Shown here in pieces: positions 38,798-52,642 of a stretch of DNA of 54,867 nucleotides (position 1 is its first letter; each line of letters starts with the position of its first letter). A program made the translations under genes and the position numbers. The notes under the pieces are model-generated. The model made no database searches and was not told the DNA's origin. It saw nothing but the letters and a program-made list of their open reading frames with translations. This DNA comes from Mesotaenium endlicherianum (taxonomy: Eukaryota), in assembly GCA_009602735.1 (NCBI GenBank), contig WELA01002438.1:137259-192125 (forward strand), written 5' to 3'.

Positions 38798-41394
38798 GTG
38801 AGTACGGGCAGCATCAACCTTAATTGGATCCGCCCGTGGTCGTTTTTCGCCTGGCACACTAACTTGATTCTTATTGTGGTCTGTGAGAGGACTAGCCATT
38901 TTCCTCTCACAAGGCTGCTTCAAACGATCGCAACAAACTATGCAGCGACCTCCCCCACCCCTCCCTCCCTTCTCTAGCTCCTTGTCACAATGAGCGAGCA
39001 TGGCTGCCCACCAGCACGCGCTCCCAACCCTATAATCCCACAAACTCATCTAACCACCTGGAGCGTCCTCTCCCAGGCCCCCGTCACGAGCTACCTTATG
39101 GCCAAGGCGAGGCTTTGCCTCACTTTGCCTTGCCATGGCCGCTCATGAAAGCCCCAAGGGCGCATTGTCTAAGCGAAGAAGAGGCGTTCTTTGCGGAGAG
39201 GGCCTATGACGATTGCCAAAGGGTGGGCCAGGGAAGAAAAGCATCGTCATGATCAAATGCTTTTGCGTTGATCCTGGTTGCACATGTACACGTACGAATT
39301 TGGACGCATTTCCGGGCAAGAGCTCATACGAGCAACAGCCCACACTAATTGTTCCCTCACAAGAGTTACATGAGGGGCACATTACTGAATCCAACAAAAT
39401 ACTGCACATACTTGTTTGACATCCCAATCGCTAGTATGCACAAAGATCATTGGCTTCCCTAAGCTTGTAAGAATTCAAGTGCTGCTTGCTCGTGTTTGAT
39501 TGTGTTTACTGAGTTTGTAGTCTTGAACCCATTTTTCTGAACCAAAATATGGGCGTGTCATATCGGCGCGGATCCGGAGGCACCCGTTTGGGGTCTGTTT
39601 TGTGGAGGTTGAGTATATGCTCAAGTGGGCGAGCAAAGCTTGAAGCGCCTTCAAAAGATGAGGTAAAAGTGTGGTTTTTCTCTTTCATCACATTTAACAT
39701 GAATCAATTTGTGTGAGAGATTGCCCCTTGGTAGCGGCCATGGCCATGCATGGCCTGCACTCGGGCGTGTAAACGGGGTCGGCGGACATGGGCGCACAAA
39801 GTCCTTCTATGAAAGAAAAAAGTGGGAGGAAGAGGGAGGAAAGGTGGATGCGCTGGGGATTAGGTTTTTGCCGCCATCATTTGCTGCTTGGCTCTCGCAG
39901 AGCTGGTACGTCTTTAGCGGCTATGGTGTCTTTATTTTTAGGAGAATGATTCGTTTAAACGTCAGACTCTCGTCAACTCCTTGAAGTTGCGCTTGTCGTG
40001 ATCGTTTGGGAGTTTTGTGAGAGCAGTGTTTGTGATTTTCTCTCACACTATTAAGAGCTTGAGGATAAGGCCTAGTTTGGCACAAGCAATGACGAAATTT
40101 TGAGGAGCTAGAGGGGATCACTTATATACAAAAATTTGAGAAGAGGTGCGTAAAACCATTGTGAAAAGTCGGAGTGATTGCATACAACCACTTTATCTTG
40201 TTTTTAATATGAAGGTGTTAAAAGTCGAATAAAGACAGAGACCAATACTATTCAAGATTGCTGTAGCCCAATGCTTTTCCTATTGGAAGAGTGCAGACCA
40301 CACCCTAGAACGCGTCCACCGGCAAGATCGAAATGACGCAATGAGTCCCACCCCATTACTCGCAGACTGTCTAGAACGTGGTGTAGGATCGCATTTTATG
40401 TGGGAAACCCAACTTTGGAAATATGGATAACGAGTATATATCAAGTGTTAAGCCCATACTTTGGATGCGTCGAGAACAAATTGTGCCAAAATTACAAGTG
40501 GGGTTGAGCGCGGGAAGTTAGAAAGCGTTAACCCATTTGATTATTTGAACGGCAAGCTCATTTTGAGGTTCCAATTGAACGACCTTTCAAAAATCTTAAA
40601 GTGGTTAAACGATGACCACTTAAATGTGAAAAGCTGGTAGTTCTTATTCTTATGCTTGAGTTTGATTGATTAAGAGAGGCAAACTATCTAATTAGTAGTT
40701 CCAAAGAGCTTGAGACATTTGACAACTTTGGGTTTTAAATTTATTGGGTTTGAAGCGATGCGACTTTTACAATCACACACATTCGTCATGACAGACAAAT
40801 GAAATCACTGATTATAACCCGCATTAAATTTTGAATTTATCCCTTAGATTTATAAGTAGCTGTCCTTGTTGCCCATTACGTGGACAGCTTTATATTTGAG
40901 AAATTAAACTTTGTCCAAATCTCGCGCATCTAACAATATTAAGAATGCCAAACGAACGGTCAACATACGAAGTTGACCTCTAGAATAAATATGAACTCAA
41001 TTGTAAGAGCACGTCGGCTACTTTCTAAAACTAAAAAGATCACTCGCGGTTCGAGACTTTTTGTTTGATTTCAAAAGTTTTGCTATCTCGGTTGATCAAA
41101 TTTGTGCAAATCATAAGTGGAATCTCTGGAATGCTTTCCCATGTGGGATCAAGAGATGGGAAACCCACACTGGGTCCTGTTATTGTCCCACCCACTCGAG
41201 ATGGCATAGTTTCCTGTAGCTCTTTAAGTCTACCCATTAAGTCCGTTCGTGACTAGAACATTACAAGGTTGCAATGCCACTAACCATTTCACCTCGGTTT
41301 GTTAAGACTACCTGCTTAATTGGACTTAGGAGAGACATAAGGCCACCAGAAACGAGTGAACTCCTTCATTTTACTTTTGAAAAGCTTCAGGGAC

Positions 41395-41568
41395 TGAAGT
41401 GATGACCGATCGAATTACATGAAAATGGTCGCAAATTTTTAGGCGTTTGCTGTAAACTCCATGAATCTATGATGCCTTTTCACGATATGAAGTCATGACC
41501 GATCTAGTTACGTGGACATGGTCGCAAGGTTTTAGACGTTTGCTGTATACTTCATGAATCTATGATGC
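41395..41568. repeat. Two-unit tandem duplication, 93-bp period
   Basis: TGAAGT(G/C)ATGACCGATC...CATGAATCTATGATGC at 41395-41475 and 41488-41568. Confidence 0.85.
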
Positions 41569-42183
41569 TGACGAAGACGATTTTATTTCGTCTTATGTCC
41601 CCTTGTGGGCCTACGAACCGCCGACAACGGAGACGACGTTACTTGCTCCGAAAGACTGCCACATGGCGTTCAGTTGGCCCACAAAGCTTCACGAGATTCA
41701 AACAGCTCGAATTGGCCTAAATCAAGCAATATCGACTGCATAAATGCCCATTATGGCCATTATGGCCATAATGGCCCAAAGTTGCCTCCAGCTAGAAGAG
41801 CCCAGAGCAGATACGCGGAAAAACCTGCTGCGTACAAGCTGAACTGTCAAATTGTTTTGCTTCTTTTTCTGCTTGGGAGCACTTGGGAGTGCCGATTGCC
41901 CAATCGATTGCAGAAGATTCTCCGACGAGCTCGAGTTTCGAGATGGAGACGAAATACTGGCGATTCGCGACTTGCCACTCGCAGGCTACAGCCACTCGCA
42001 GCATCGTTCTCGTCACGAGGCGCGTCGTGAGTTGTAACTCGTACCTGCTAGAGCCTAGCACCTGACCGCAAGGACATCACACAACTGATTTGTTGTGTAT
42101 CTCAAGTTTTCTCCGTGTCGTCATCCGGATATATATGATGTGCACGAGTGTGCACCTCGTCCAGCAACGATTTCGCTGCATGG

Positions 42184-42259
42184 CTCCAGAGTCCAGAGTC
42201 CAGACTCGAGAGTCCAGAGTCCAGACTCCAGAGTCGAGACTCGAGAGTCGAGACTCGAC
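42184..42259. repeat. 7-bp minisatellite TC(C/G)AGA(G/C)
   Basis: About 10 tandem units of TCCAGAG/TCCAGAC/TCGAGAG/TCGAGAC. Confidence 0.85.
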
Positions 42260-42679
42260 ATGAGGCGACATGAGACGACTTGGGTTGCTGTAGGCCACAT
42301 TAAGCCAGCTAGCTATCCGTGCCTGAGATGCACCTCTTTTCAGGCGCCTTTCATGTTCCGGCAACTCTCGGTCAGTCTAGAGCAGACCCCTCGAGTCATA
42401 ACTTTCTCGATGTCATTTGCTTTGTCGGATGTTATAAATCCCGACTTCTAAAAATGGTTTAAAATACCCTTCTGATTCCTAGTAGATGTCGCATACATAG
42501 AATTTCTAACATTTTGCATAAAATGTTATAGGAGGTTACCAAGTCATGATAATGCATAAGAAAATTCTCATTTTTTCCGGATGTTCTTTAGACCTTGACC
42601 ACCGACCAGAGAAGGCCATAGGTAGTTTCAGAAATACGCGAATTTGGTCGAATCGAGCAAGAAGTCGAGCAAGTACTTT

Positions 42680-42877
42680 CTCGGTTTGCCCGGTGGTGCT
42701 CGGTGGCTCTCGGGTGCTCTCAGCTCGCTCTCGGCTGCTCGCGGTCAACCTCGGTTGCAGGCTACACAATTACGCTCGGTTAACTGCCTCGGACTGCTCT
42801 CGGATGCTCTCGGATGCTCTCGGCCCATCTCGGCCACACTCGGCCAACTCTCGGCCCCACGGGTGTCGGACCTCGGT
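42680..42877. repeat. CTCGG motif array
   Basis: More than a dozen same-orientation CTCGG cores, many spaced 9-11 bp apart. Confidence 0.7.
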
Positions 42878-43309
42878 GCCTGATGGAAGCGGATAACACC
42901 GGAACGGGATAAACCTAGCTTAATGAGTTATTTGACGAAGAACAGGAAACGACAAAACATGAGCAGCTCCGGCCTCCGAATTTTCCACGTTGTCCAACGT
43001 TGGACCACGTTACCGCTGTGAAGCACCTGAAAGCGTGCGAGAATTGATGGAGGCCAGATTGGGCCAGATAGGTCTCCTCTCCGTAGCGGAACCAAAGTTC
43101 ATCAGAAGGCCTCGGAGTCCCGACTTGAATAAAGTCCCATGAGCATTAGACAGAAGGAAACAACGGGTGATACCACACAACAGAACTTGGTAGCGAAAGG
43201 TTAGCATTGAGAGTAGCTTCCGTCCTATAACTGCAAGCTTTTGCGTGTATATCTTAAATCTCTACTGTGTACATACTTGCATTGTTTCCACAGCAGCTGA
43301 GCAACGAAG

Positions 43310-46300
43310 ATGGCTCAGATGAAGGCAGTATTGTTGTTTACAGTTCTTTTTGGACTAGCGGCTCTAGCGTCTGCAGATGACGTGGTGACCCTTGGAGCCG
43401 GACAATGTACAGCTGTTAAGTGTCAGGACAAGATGGGCGATGGCAAACCTGGAAGCGAAGGATTCTTCCAGGTACACATTCCCCTAGTCTAGGCAGCGAC
43501 GTGGTAGTGGCTTTGTCTCATGTTATCAAGATATTTCTTGGGATGCTTGAGAGCATCCATCCGCATCCCTTTATCGCCGAACATTAGCATGCAAGGTGTT
43601 TACTAAAGTACCCGAGGAAGGGATTGGTTTCACGTGTTGTGGCACTGATGTATATGAGCGAGCCTTGTTGTTTTCCCGTGTTACCAGGAGTTTGCAAAGA
43701 TCCATGGATTCATCAAGACGGAGCAGGTGAACTACACAAGAGGCTGCTGCCACCTTTGCCGCATGACTCCTGGCTGCGTCTACTGGCAACACTACAGGAG
43801 GTATGCACACTCCCCAGCGAGCCGCATGTCACCAGCCTCTTGGAATTTGGCACCCACCTGATCAAGCTTACCATGCTTCCTGCAAACCTTCCAGGATCAA
43901 AGCTGCATTCATGTTTGCAATGCTTTTTCGGAACCACAAACACACAGCTGGAGGTTGCTGCATCGTGCTAAACTCACTCACTGTCCGTTCTCTCTGTATG
44001 AACAGGGACTCCCTCTGCGAGGCCGGCCCCTGCCACTTGATGGGCTCCACAGGTGTCGTCTACAGGCTGGGCAAGGGCAAGATGAGCCGCATCGGAGGCA
44101 AGTGCAATGCCAAGGTGGAGGACGACCCCCACTTCACCGGCGCGCGCGGCACCCGCTTCGACTTCAACGGCGAGCCCGACAACGCCTTCTGCCTCGTGTC
44201 CGACAAGAACCTGCACATCAACATGATGCTCCGCGGCTACTACGACAACCGCACCACCGGCGCCACCCTCATCAAGAACGGCAAGGCCGTGCGCACCTGG
44301 ATCAAGTGAGCCCCTCCCCCTCCTCGCAGCTCAACATCCAGAGAGATGCACTTCCTGGCAGGTCATGACGAATCTGCGACTAGCCACGTACATTGCCATG
44401 CAGCCTCGCAGCCTTGCAGCCTTGCAGAGTTGCAGCCTCGCAGCCTCAGGCAGTTAGATCGAGCAATCCTGCCCCTCCATCTATTGGCATCACAGGGCGC
44501 TGCACGGTACCAGGTGCTGCTGGACAGAAGACCTTCTGCAGACTTGGAGCGAGTCGCGGTCTTTGCAATCACAAACTAACGCAACTCACTCCTTGCCAAC
44601 CTGCAGGGAGATCGGCCTCATCTGGAACGCCGAGGGTGCCCAGCACAACGTCCACCTCACCGCCCGCAACGGCAAGCAGCAGGAGCGCGGCGATGGTTTC
44701 CTCGCCTCTGCCGTCGTTGACGGCCGCGCCATGCCCCTTCTCAGGGTGAGAATGCCCCCCCCTCCCCTCCTCCCCCCCTCCCCCCCCTTNNNNNNNNNNN
44801 NNNNNNNNNNNNNNNNNNNNNNNNNNNNNNNNNNNNNNNNNNNNNNNNNNNNNNNNNNNNNNNNNNNNNNNNNNNNNNNNNNNNNNNNNNNNNNNNNNNN
44901 NNNNNNNNNNNNNNNNNNNNNNNNNNNNNNNNNNNNNNNNNNNNNNNNNNNNNNNNNNNNNNNNNNNNNNNNNNNNNNNNNNNNNNNNNNNNNNNNNNNN
45001 NNNNNNNNNNNNNNNNNNNNNNNNNNNNNNNNNNNNNNNNNNNNNNNNNNNNNNNNNNNNNNNNNNNNNNNNNNNNNNNNNNNNNNNNNNNNNNNNNNNN
45101 NNNNNNNNNNNNNNNNNNNNNNNNNNNNNNNNNNNNNNNNNNNNNNNNNNNNNNNNNNNNNNNNNNNNNNNNNNNNNNNNNNNNNNNNNNNNNNNNNNNN
45201 NNNNNNNNNNNNNNNNNNNNNNNNNNNNNNNNNNNNNNNNNNNNNNNNNNNNNNNNNNNNNNNNNNNNNNNNNNNNNNNNNNNNNNNNNNNNNNNNNNNN
45301 NNNNNNNNNNNNNNNNNNNNNNNNNNNNNNNTCCCCCCCCTTTCTCTCCCTTTCTCTCCCCCTCCCCCTCTCCCTCCTGCAGCTTTCTTGGTATCCATTT
45401 ATATAGATTCAAATCTCCCCCCTGAGCGCTGTGCAGCTGGCCCTAGTATGGCGCCTACGAATTCACACAAGAATCTTCCTCTCCCAACTTGAGGAGCTGT
45501 AAAATGGGTGTGCTTGCCTGTGTTCTGGGCACCAAATGTGGCATAGAATAGACCTTCCCATGCAGCAATTCATTAACAGTTGCGCACTTTTCCCGTTTTT
45601 CCCTCTTCAGGCTGGAGAGAAGTTCACCTCCGAGGGAGGCCTCGTGATGGAGTACGTGGGCGTGGCTACCAAGGGGCCCTACGAGATGGACCACTACGTG
45701 CTCACCATCGGCGACCTCGTCTCCCTTGACATTAACATGAGGGTGGCCCACCCCATGCTCCAGTCCGAGGACGACGCCGAGGTCCACTTCAACATCGCCT
45801 TCAACAACATCAAGGTGAGGCCCCAAGCCTCTCCACTCGCAATTCGGCGCTCAGACCATCCTGACGCTGTTCCTATAGTCCAAAAATAGCATCCTAATAT
45901 ACCACCCTAATATAGCATCCTAATATTGCGTCAGGGTTAGTCCTCCTATAGTCACGCTGCTGCAATGCTTCCAATCCTTTCTGCTTCTCGATGTCTGGAT
46001 CGCCCCCCTGCGTATCCCCAGCCGGGACCGCAGTAGAATACTCACCCCTGGGTCACCACCTGTGCGCCTGTGCCTTACTTTTCATCTGTCTCTCTTCTCC
46101 GATGATGCTGTGCAGCCCACGTCCGAGATCCACGGAGTCTTGGGACAGACCTTCCGCGCCGACCGCGAGCAGCGCGCCATCGACTACTCTGACATGGGCA
46201 TGCTCCTGCACGCGCCCATCCAGGCCGACGGCGAGAGCGGCCGCGGCTTTCTCGACGGCAACGCCGCCATCGACTACATCTCCAGCGACGTGCTGTCCAC

Positions 46301-46367
46301 CGACTGCTCCTACAACCAGTTCGAGGCTCCCGGCGCCGGCAAGATGAGCATTCTGGACTTTGCCTAA
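43310..46367 (+). CDS. Secreted root-cap/LEA-related family protein with N-terminal Cys-rich module, about 389 aa
   Basis: Exons 43310-43471, 43688-43800, 44006-44305, 44607-44745, 45611-45814, 46116-46367 keep frame with GT-AG introns; signal peptide MAQMKAVLLFTVLFGLAALASA; DPHFTG...FDFNG...FCLVSDKNLHIN, TWI, HF and HGVLGQTF resemble plant root-cap proteins. An N gap lies in intron 4. Confidence 0.82.
44790..45331. other. Assembly gap
   Basis: Run of N flanked by poly-C tracts; smaller gaps at ~50447, ~52059 and ~54482. Confidence 0.99.
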
Positions 46368-48133
46368 ATTTCCCCAAGTTCCGCCGACGCGGAGTGGCGC
46401 GGGGAGGGGCTCCTGGAGCAAACTGGTTCTCTGGAGGGAAGGAGCAACTGTGAAGCGTGCTGGAGTGCACTTGGTGTGCTCGATTTGGCTCATCGGCTCT
46501 GAGATGCTGGAGCGCCAGCATTCTTTGGAATGGAGTACCAAGGAGATCATATTCTGGAGGGAGGGTCAATGACCTTCTTCCCAGGACGCAGGACCTGTGC
46601 CCTCATTTCATCGACAGTAGCATGAACCTGGGTCCCGCTCCCATCACTGTAGTGGCGATCCAGAAGCGCGAAAGTAACACGCTCCGACTACGTCTTTGCT
46701 TATTCCCATGCAATTCCCTTTCTAGTTTTCTGTAGAAGCAGGCCAGGACTTGCTGCTTATATATAGCTCTGACACTCTGGTACTGTAAATTATGTGTCTG
46801 ATTCAGGTTGTAATTGCATTGCTTCTACGTAAGTTAGTCATAGCTCATTGAAACATCAGTTCAATTATTTGATTTTATATTCTTTGTAGACGACTTATTC
46901 AAAGTCTCAAAAGTGGGTCAATAAAATGCACAGAAGACGTGCACCTCCTTCAGATTTATTTTTTAACTGCCTTACGCTGATGCAAAAGAAGCCGTTGAGT
47001 TGCTCCAAAAACTAGCCCGGCAAGATACTCCCTACTAGCAAAATGTAAAATTACTAGCAAAATATGAAACGTGGTCTTCTGGTCAAAGTTTCCCTGCGTA
47101 TTCCCGAGTAGACAATGCTTCTGCTCTTTTTTTCTTGCTCCTACATTGAACAGACGTACCACTGCCCTTGAATCATTCCACTGCCTTCTTGTCTACCCTC
47201 CTATATACTACCAAGTACAGGATATTACAAGTCTAGCTGACATCCGCCTTCAGCTCTAGAGCAGGCGGATTGCTGGAAATTTCTTCATTCAGTACTTGTT
47301 TCATGCAACGACATCGTGCTTTTCTTATTGAGCACACTGGTTTTCTAGGGTGCTTAACAATACCTACTTCGATTCCCCGTAACCAGCATGTGCATGTTCC
47401 AGCAGAGCTCATGTATCCCTGGAGTCGGTACCACACCATTTATCCGTCCTGAAGTTATCACTGGCTGAACAATTACCCAAAATGTAGTTGTCCAACAAGG
47501 ACATGTATGACATATGCTTATCTGTTTTATAATACTCAAACCTGCCTTTTTGCCTTCCATCATATATATTGATGGGCTCATTTCTGCTATGACTGATTTG
47601 GCCTTACTAGCTTTGTGCCATCATGAGTGATAAAATCGGCCACTTATAATGGGACTTGAAGTTGTATTTACACTGAAGGTCACATAGGCCGCATGTCACA
47701 TTCCTTTCACGCGTCCAGCCCTCGACTCCGCGCATCCCACCTTTAATCCACGCTGATCAGCCATGTTTATACATCTAAGGTTCCCGCCTTGAAGACGCAC
47801 AACTGTTCCCGAGGAGCTTTGCGAGCTTGCATGAGCTGGAGGAGATTTGCGAAATTTGTGATGAACAAGATTGAAAGCGCCCCCTTCTACAATGAAATCA
47901 ATGGCGCAGTTGGATGCACTTAGAATACTTGAAACTCTGCAAGCATAGAGAGCATAACGAGCACAAGAAGGGTTCTCCTCCCAAAACAGCTTCAGACTTG
48001 CAAATTGCCACAAGCTCGCACAACGGCTCAAAGTGCTCGGAGAGAAAGTCCTATGGAGGTGCTGTGCCCCCAACCTAGCCCCCTGCAGCACGCTGGGCAT
48101 CTCCACTTCCTACCGTATCCACCCCTGGTGCCT

Positions 48134-49676
48134 CTAGTACCTCGAGCGCTTCCCCGGGGGATCCTCGTCGCCCTCATCGTAGCCGCCCGCAGGGGCCTTC
48201 TCCTTCTTCTTGCGGTCCAGGATCTGGTTGATCTTGTTGAGCTCGTTGTTGAGCTTGTTCTCCTTGTCCTTGCCCGACTTGCGCGTCTTGCGCCCGTCGG
48301 CGGTCTTGACGCCAAACTGGAACGCAGCCTTGGGCATGGCCTCCTTGCTCTCGTTGTACGTGGCCCACTCCTCCTCGCTCTCGAAATCCCACCGGTGCAG
48401 GCGCCCCTTCGCCTGCGGCCCACTCGCACAAAACGGCACGGCATTTTTAGCCAAGGCAAAGGAGTTCTGCACTTGAATATTCTGGGGAGGCGGAACAGCG
48501 GGCAAGCTCGAGCACCCGGAAAACACGAACCCCCAAAACTTTTACTGGCACATGTCAATCCCACTCCGTGATATAATCATAAGGAAGACGAGGAAAGCAA
48601 GGAAGAGGGCACATTGGAGAGGAGCCGGAAGCTCCACGCTCCGCAGGACCGACAGGGACAACACGGATATGCCCTTTACATTCGCAGACGAGGGGTCAAA
48701 AGCCCAGAGAGAGCAAGAGGAGCGAGGAGAAGCAAGGAGAACGCAAGGGGAAAGAGGGGATGGGGGAGGGGGAGAGGGAGGGGGAAGGGGAGGGCGATAC
48801 GAGGGGAGCATTTTTGGGCTGGTGAGCGAGACGGGGAGTCAAGCCGAGCAGCCAAACCGACAGCGCAGCCGGGGATCGACAGGGCAACCAGTCGGCGAAA
48901 GCACCACCACCAGTGAGTCCACAAGACCTCAAACAAGAAACACCGCCGCTCCTCATCATCGGCCCTCACCTTGCCGCCCATGTCCATCTTGGAGAGGTCC
49001 TCGGCGTCGTCCTCGTCGTCGCTGCCCGCCACTTCGCTTGTGAAGCCCTTGTAGTCGGGGTAGCACTCAGAGTAGCTGGACGAGACGTAGGCGGGGTCGG
49101 CGCGCTCGCGCTTGTCGCCGTCGCGCGGCCCGCCCAGGCCCAGCCGCTGGTCGTCGCGCGAGAACACGGAGCCCATGCCCCGGTCGCGGTCCGCCTGCGT
49201 CATCGCGCGGTCGGCGTCGCCGCCGCCGCTGCCGCCCAGCGGGAGGGGGTCCCCGGGCGGCGGGAACGGAATGGCATCGCTGTGCAGGCTCGCATACCCC
49301 TCGTTCGCATACTCGTTCGCCTGCATGTAGCCCGAGGGCGGGGCGGGAGGGGGCGGGTTCGCGCTTGCAGAGTGGTAGTACTCGGCCCCGCCGACTCCTG
49401 CCGCCCCCTGCTCCGGTGGGTACGTGTGGGGGAGCTGGTAAGCCCCCCCCTGGAGGTGTCCTGGGTAGGGCTCGGCAGCATAGCCATAGTGCTCTTGGCC
49501 TTGCCCCCCCCCCTGGGGCCAGTGGCCTGCGGGGTAGTGCTCGGGGGGAGGCGGCGGGTAGTCTTGCCAGGTGCCGCCCTGGGGAGGGTAGGCTGGCCCT
49601 GGCATGGGCCCCGCCCCCATGTCGTACGCCCCCTGCAGCAAAGAAGAGAAATGCGCACGCGCACAGACACGTGCGC

Positions 49677-49726
<50 letters not shown>

Positions 49727-50368
49727 GAACACACACATACCCGCGTACAAGCGCGCGAGTGGAGCAATCAAGGTGAGCACAAGTGGCAAGTCGGGGAGGC
49801 CCAAGACGAAGGAGAGGCAGAAGCAGGCTCGTGGAAGAAGCAAAGGAGGGAAATGAAAAAGAACGTGCGCAGGGCAGCACCAAAATCGCAGCCTCCAGGT
49901 GATAGACCAACTTGACGTACCAACCGCTCGCTCACCCTCCCCTTTACCCTCCTCTCCTCCCATTTTGTGAACACATCTGTACACTCACGAATTCGCGTGG
50001 TTGTTTGTGTGTGTGTGCGCGCGCGGTCCTTCAGGATGAGGACTTGTGCGGGCGATGGGGCGGGTGCCCTGCTCTGTCCTCACATGCGAGTGGGAGATAC
50101 ACACGGGTGTTTGACCTCCACCTGCGCGCAGGTACAAGTGCGCTTCTGGAGTATGCAGGAAGTGCTGTACGCGTTCCTCTGCCTGGGGCTAGGCCCCCTG
50201 AGGGCTTGTGGGGCGGGGCACATACATCGGCCGGAGGACCATCCGCAGAGGAGCACAGTGCGAGACTATCTCAAGAGGGCACTTGGGCAACCAGTCCACC
50301 AGAAAAAGGCCCACGTACACCTGAGTTGGGGTTGAAAGCTGAAGCCAGCTCACGCACGCTCGCAGAAA

Positions 50369-50446
<78 letters not shown>

Positions 50447-50469
50447 NNNNNNNNNNNNNNNNNNNNNNN

Positions 50470-50532
<63 letters not shown>

Positions 50533-52601
50533 CGAGGCGCGCGCGCACACACACACCTGATGAGGAGGCGGGGGCGGGGGGGGCATAGCACCCCCCATAT
50601 AGTCCCCCGGGGGCGGAGGCGGGGGAGGCGGATGCAGAAGGCTCTGCTGTGCTTCGTGAATCCCACTGGGCTCGTCAAAATACTGCCTCCTACCGTCCCC
50701 ACCCTGTCTCCCGTCCCTGTCCCCGTTCCTGTCCCTGGACGACTGGTCCATCTCTGCCACCTCCAAGCCGGAGCTGCCGCCAGCTGGCGCAGCCTGCCGC
50801 CCACCGCTGCCGGCCGCACTCTTTGGCGCTCGCGTGGGCTCGTAGTCAGTGCCTACATCCCCAAAAATATCCTCCTCGGGTTCCCTGGGGAGGGGGCGAG
50901 GCGGAGGTGGGGGCAAGAGGAGGCCCTGCTGCTCGCCACCAGGCGGCAACTCCTTGCCGTTGCTGTTGCCATTTGCGGCTACGTCTGCGTCGAGTGCAGA
51001 GTCTGACGCGCCGTAGAGATCGTCGGCGGCTGTCGTTGGCACGAGGCCCGGCATGAGCACTGCGCAGGGGAGCCAGGGCCCAGGTGCATGCACCGCCACA
51101 TCAGCAACACCCGTAAGGATAGTGGGCGCAAGTTCATGCACCCGCACAACGCTGACTTGTCCGCGGCAGCTGGCTTGCTGCTGTTCAGGCCCATGGCATC
51201 GGTAATTGCACAAAGAAGAAGTACAAATAGTGAGTTGCTAAGGTTGCTGTCAAGACACTGGTGCATGCATGCACGTGCGCTGCAGGCGGAGGAGGAGAGG
51301 AGGACAGGACGGGAGAGACTCACGCTTATCTTTGTCCTTCTTCTTCTTCTTTAGCACCTGTACGCATAGACAGGTGCGCAAGACAGGCGCGCACCCAGGA
51401 CGTGCGTCAGAACGGGCCAAAAGCCAGGATCCGAAAACTTCCACAGGGCACACGAGCCTGTCCCAGTAGGTGCCCCCAGAGAGAGGACAGCGTGCCCTGG
51501 GAAACCCGACATCCAAGGGCTGGGCAGCAGTAGCTCTCCCCGCCCACCCCCACCACCGCGCCCCTCCCCCTCCCCCCCTCCCCAGAATGCAAACACTGTG
51601 CCACCCGTCGAAGCAGGCTAGGCCCAGCCGCAGCAACAAAGCCGGTCCACTACCTAGGGGGCGGCGAAAGCAGAGCAGCAGGTTGGCGCCAGCTGGAGCC
51701 TGCCAGTGAAGGTGAGGATGGGCCCCCACCCACGCTTCACAGCTGGAGCTCTGCTGCTGCTCCTCTCACTCTCTCCCTCTCCCTCTCCCTCTCTCACGTG
51801 ACCACACCAGGTCCCTCTATGCCCCCGCGCAGGTGGAGCGTTGCTTGCGTGCCGCTGCCCACCCACCCCCAAACCTCTAGGATTGTGGGTGGGTTGCGGC
51901 ATGAATGCAGAGGGTGCGTGCAGAGAAAAGGAGGGGTGGGGGAGACGCCGACCTTCCCGGAAGAGCCCATGCGCAGGTACGCCATGATCTTGGAGATGCG
52001 GTCCAGCACGGGCGCGTCCACCGCCACCGCCACCGTGTCCTGCCAAGGGGGGGGGGGGNNNNNNNNNNNNNNNNNNNGGGGGGGGGGGGGGGGGGGCACC
52101 TCAGCCACGCCTCAGGGGCGCCACAACAAGGCCATTCGCTCCCTCTCTCACTCGTACTCCGGCACATTGCCTCGAGTGAGGATCCGCGGCAGTGGCAGCA
52201 GCCGCAGCAACGAGAGCATGCAGCTGGCCATCGCTTTACAGCAGGAGCCCCTAAGACATGGATAACTCCTAATCTTCTTGGAATTTTTCTTCTCGCCCTT
52301 TCCTTTTCACAGGGATTCCAGGAGGCCTTAGGCCTCCCCTGCCGAGCGGGTGGCAAGAATTGCTGGTGTTGCTCCTTGCCGCCTCACTATCTGGAAGCGC
52401 CGCTGATTGCTGTGCCACTCCTGTTCAGTAAAGGTAACTTTGCCTCTTCGGTACTAATTGGTCAGTCACACATGTAGAAATTATTGGTGCCTCCCTTATG
52501 AACATGGATGACCCTGGCTGGAGCGAACACGCTCCCTTGAAAGCAGAAGGGGAGAAAGAGAGCGGCGAGAGAGGGCAGACGACCTCCTCCTCCTCCTCCT
52601 C

Positions 52602-52642
<41 letters not shown>

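Noticed and set aside
37450..41390. Possible DNA-transposon or gene remnants in the intergenic sequence around the solo LTR
   Set aside because: Only short ORFs without motifs, and I could not identify paired TIRs or TSDs by eye.
41748..41776. GGCCATTATGGCC (SfiI-type site) as cloning-adapter contamination
   Set aside because: Explained by a 9-bp tandem repeat forming a 22-bp palindrome; no other adapter sequence is adjacent.
42184..42877. CRISPR-like array
   Set aside because: Repeats are 5-11 bp without unique 30-40-bp spacers, the context is eukaryotic and there are no cas genes.
44563..45492. Long ORFs spanning the N run, and others through microsatellites at 49912-51006 and 53935-54732
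   Set aside because: Artefacts of assembly gaps and simple repeats.
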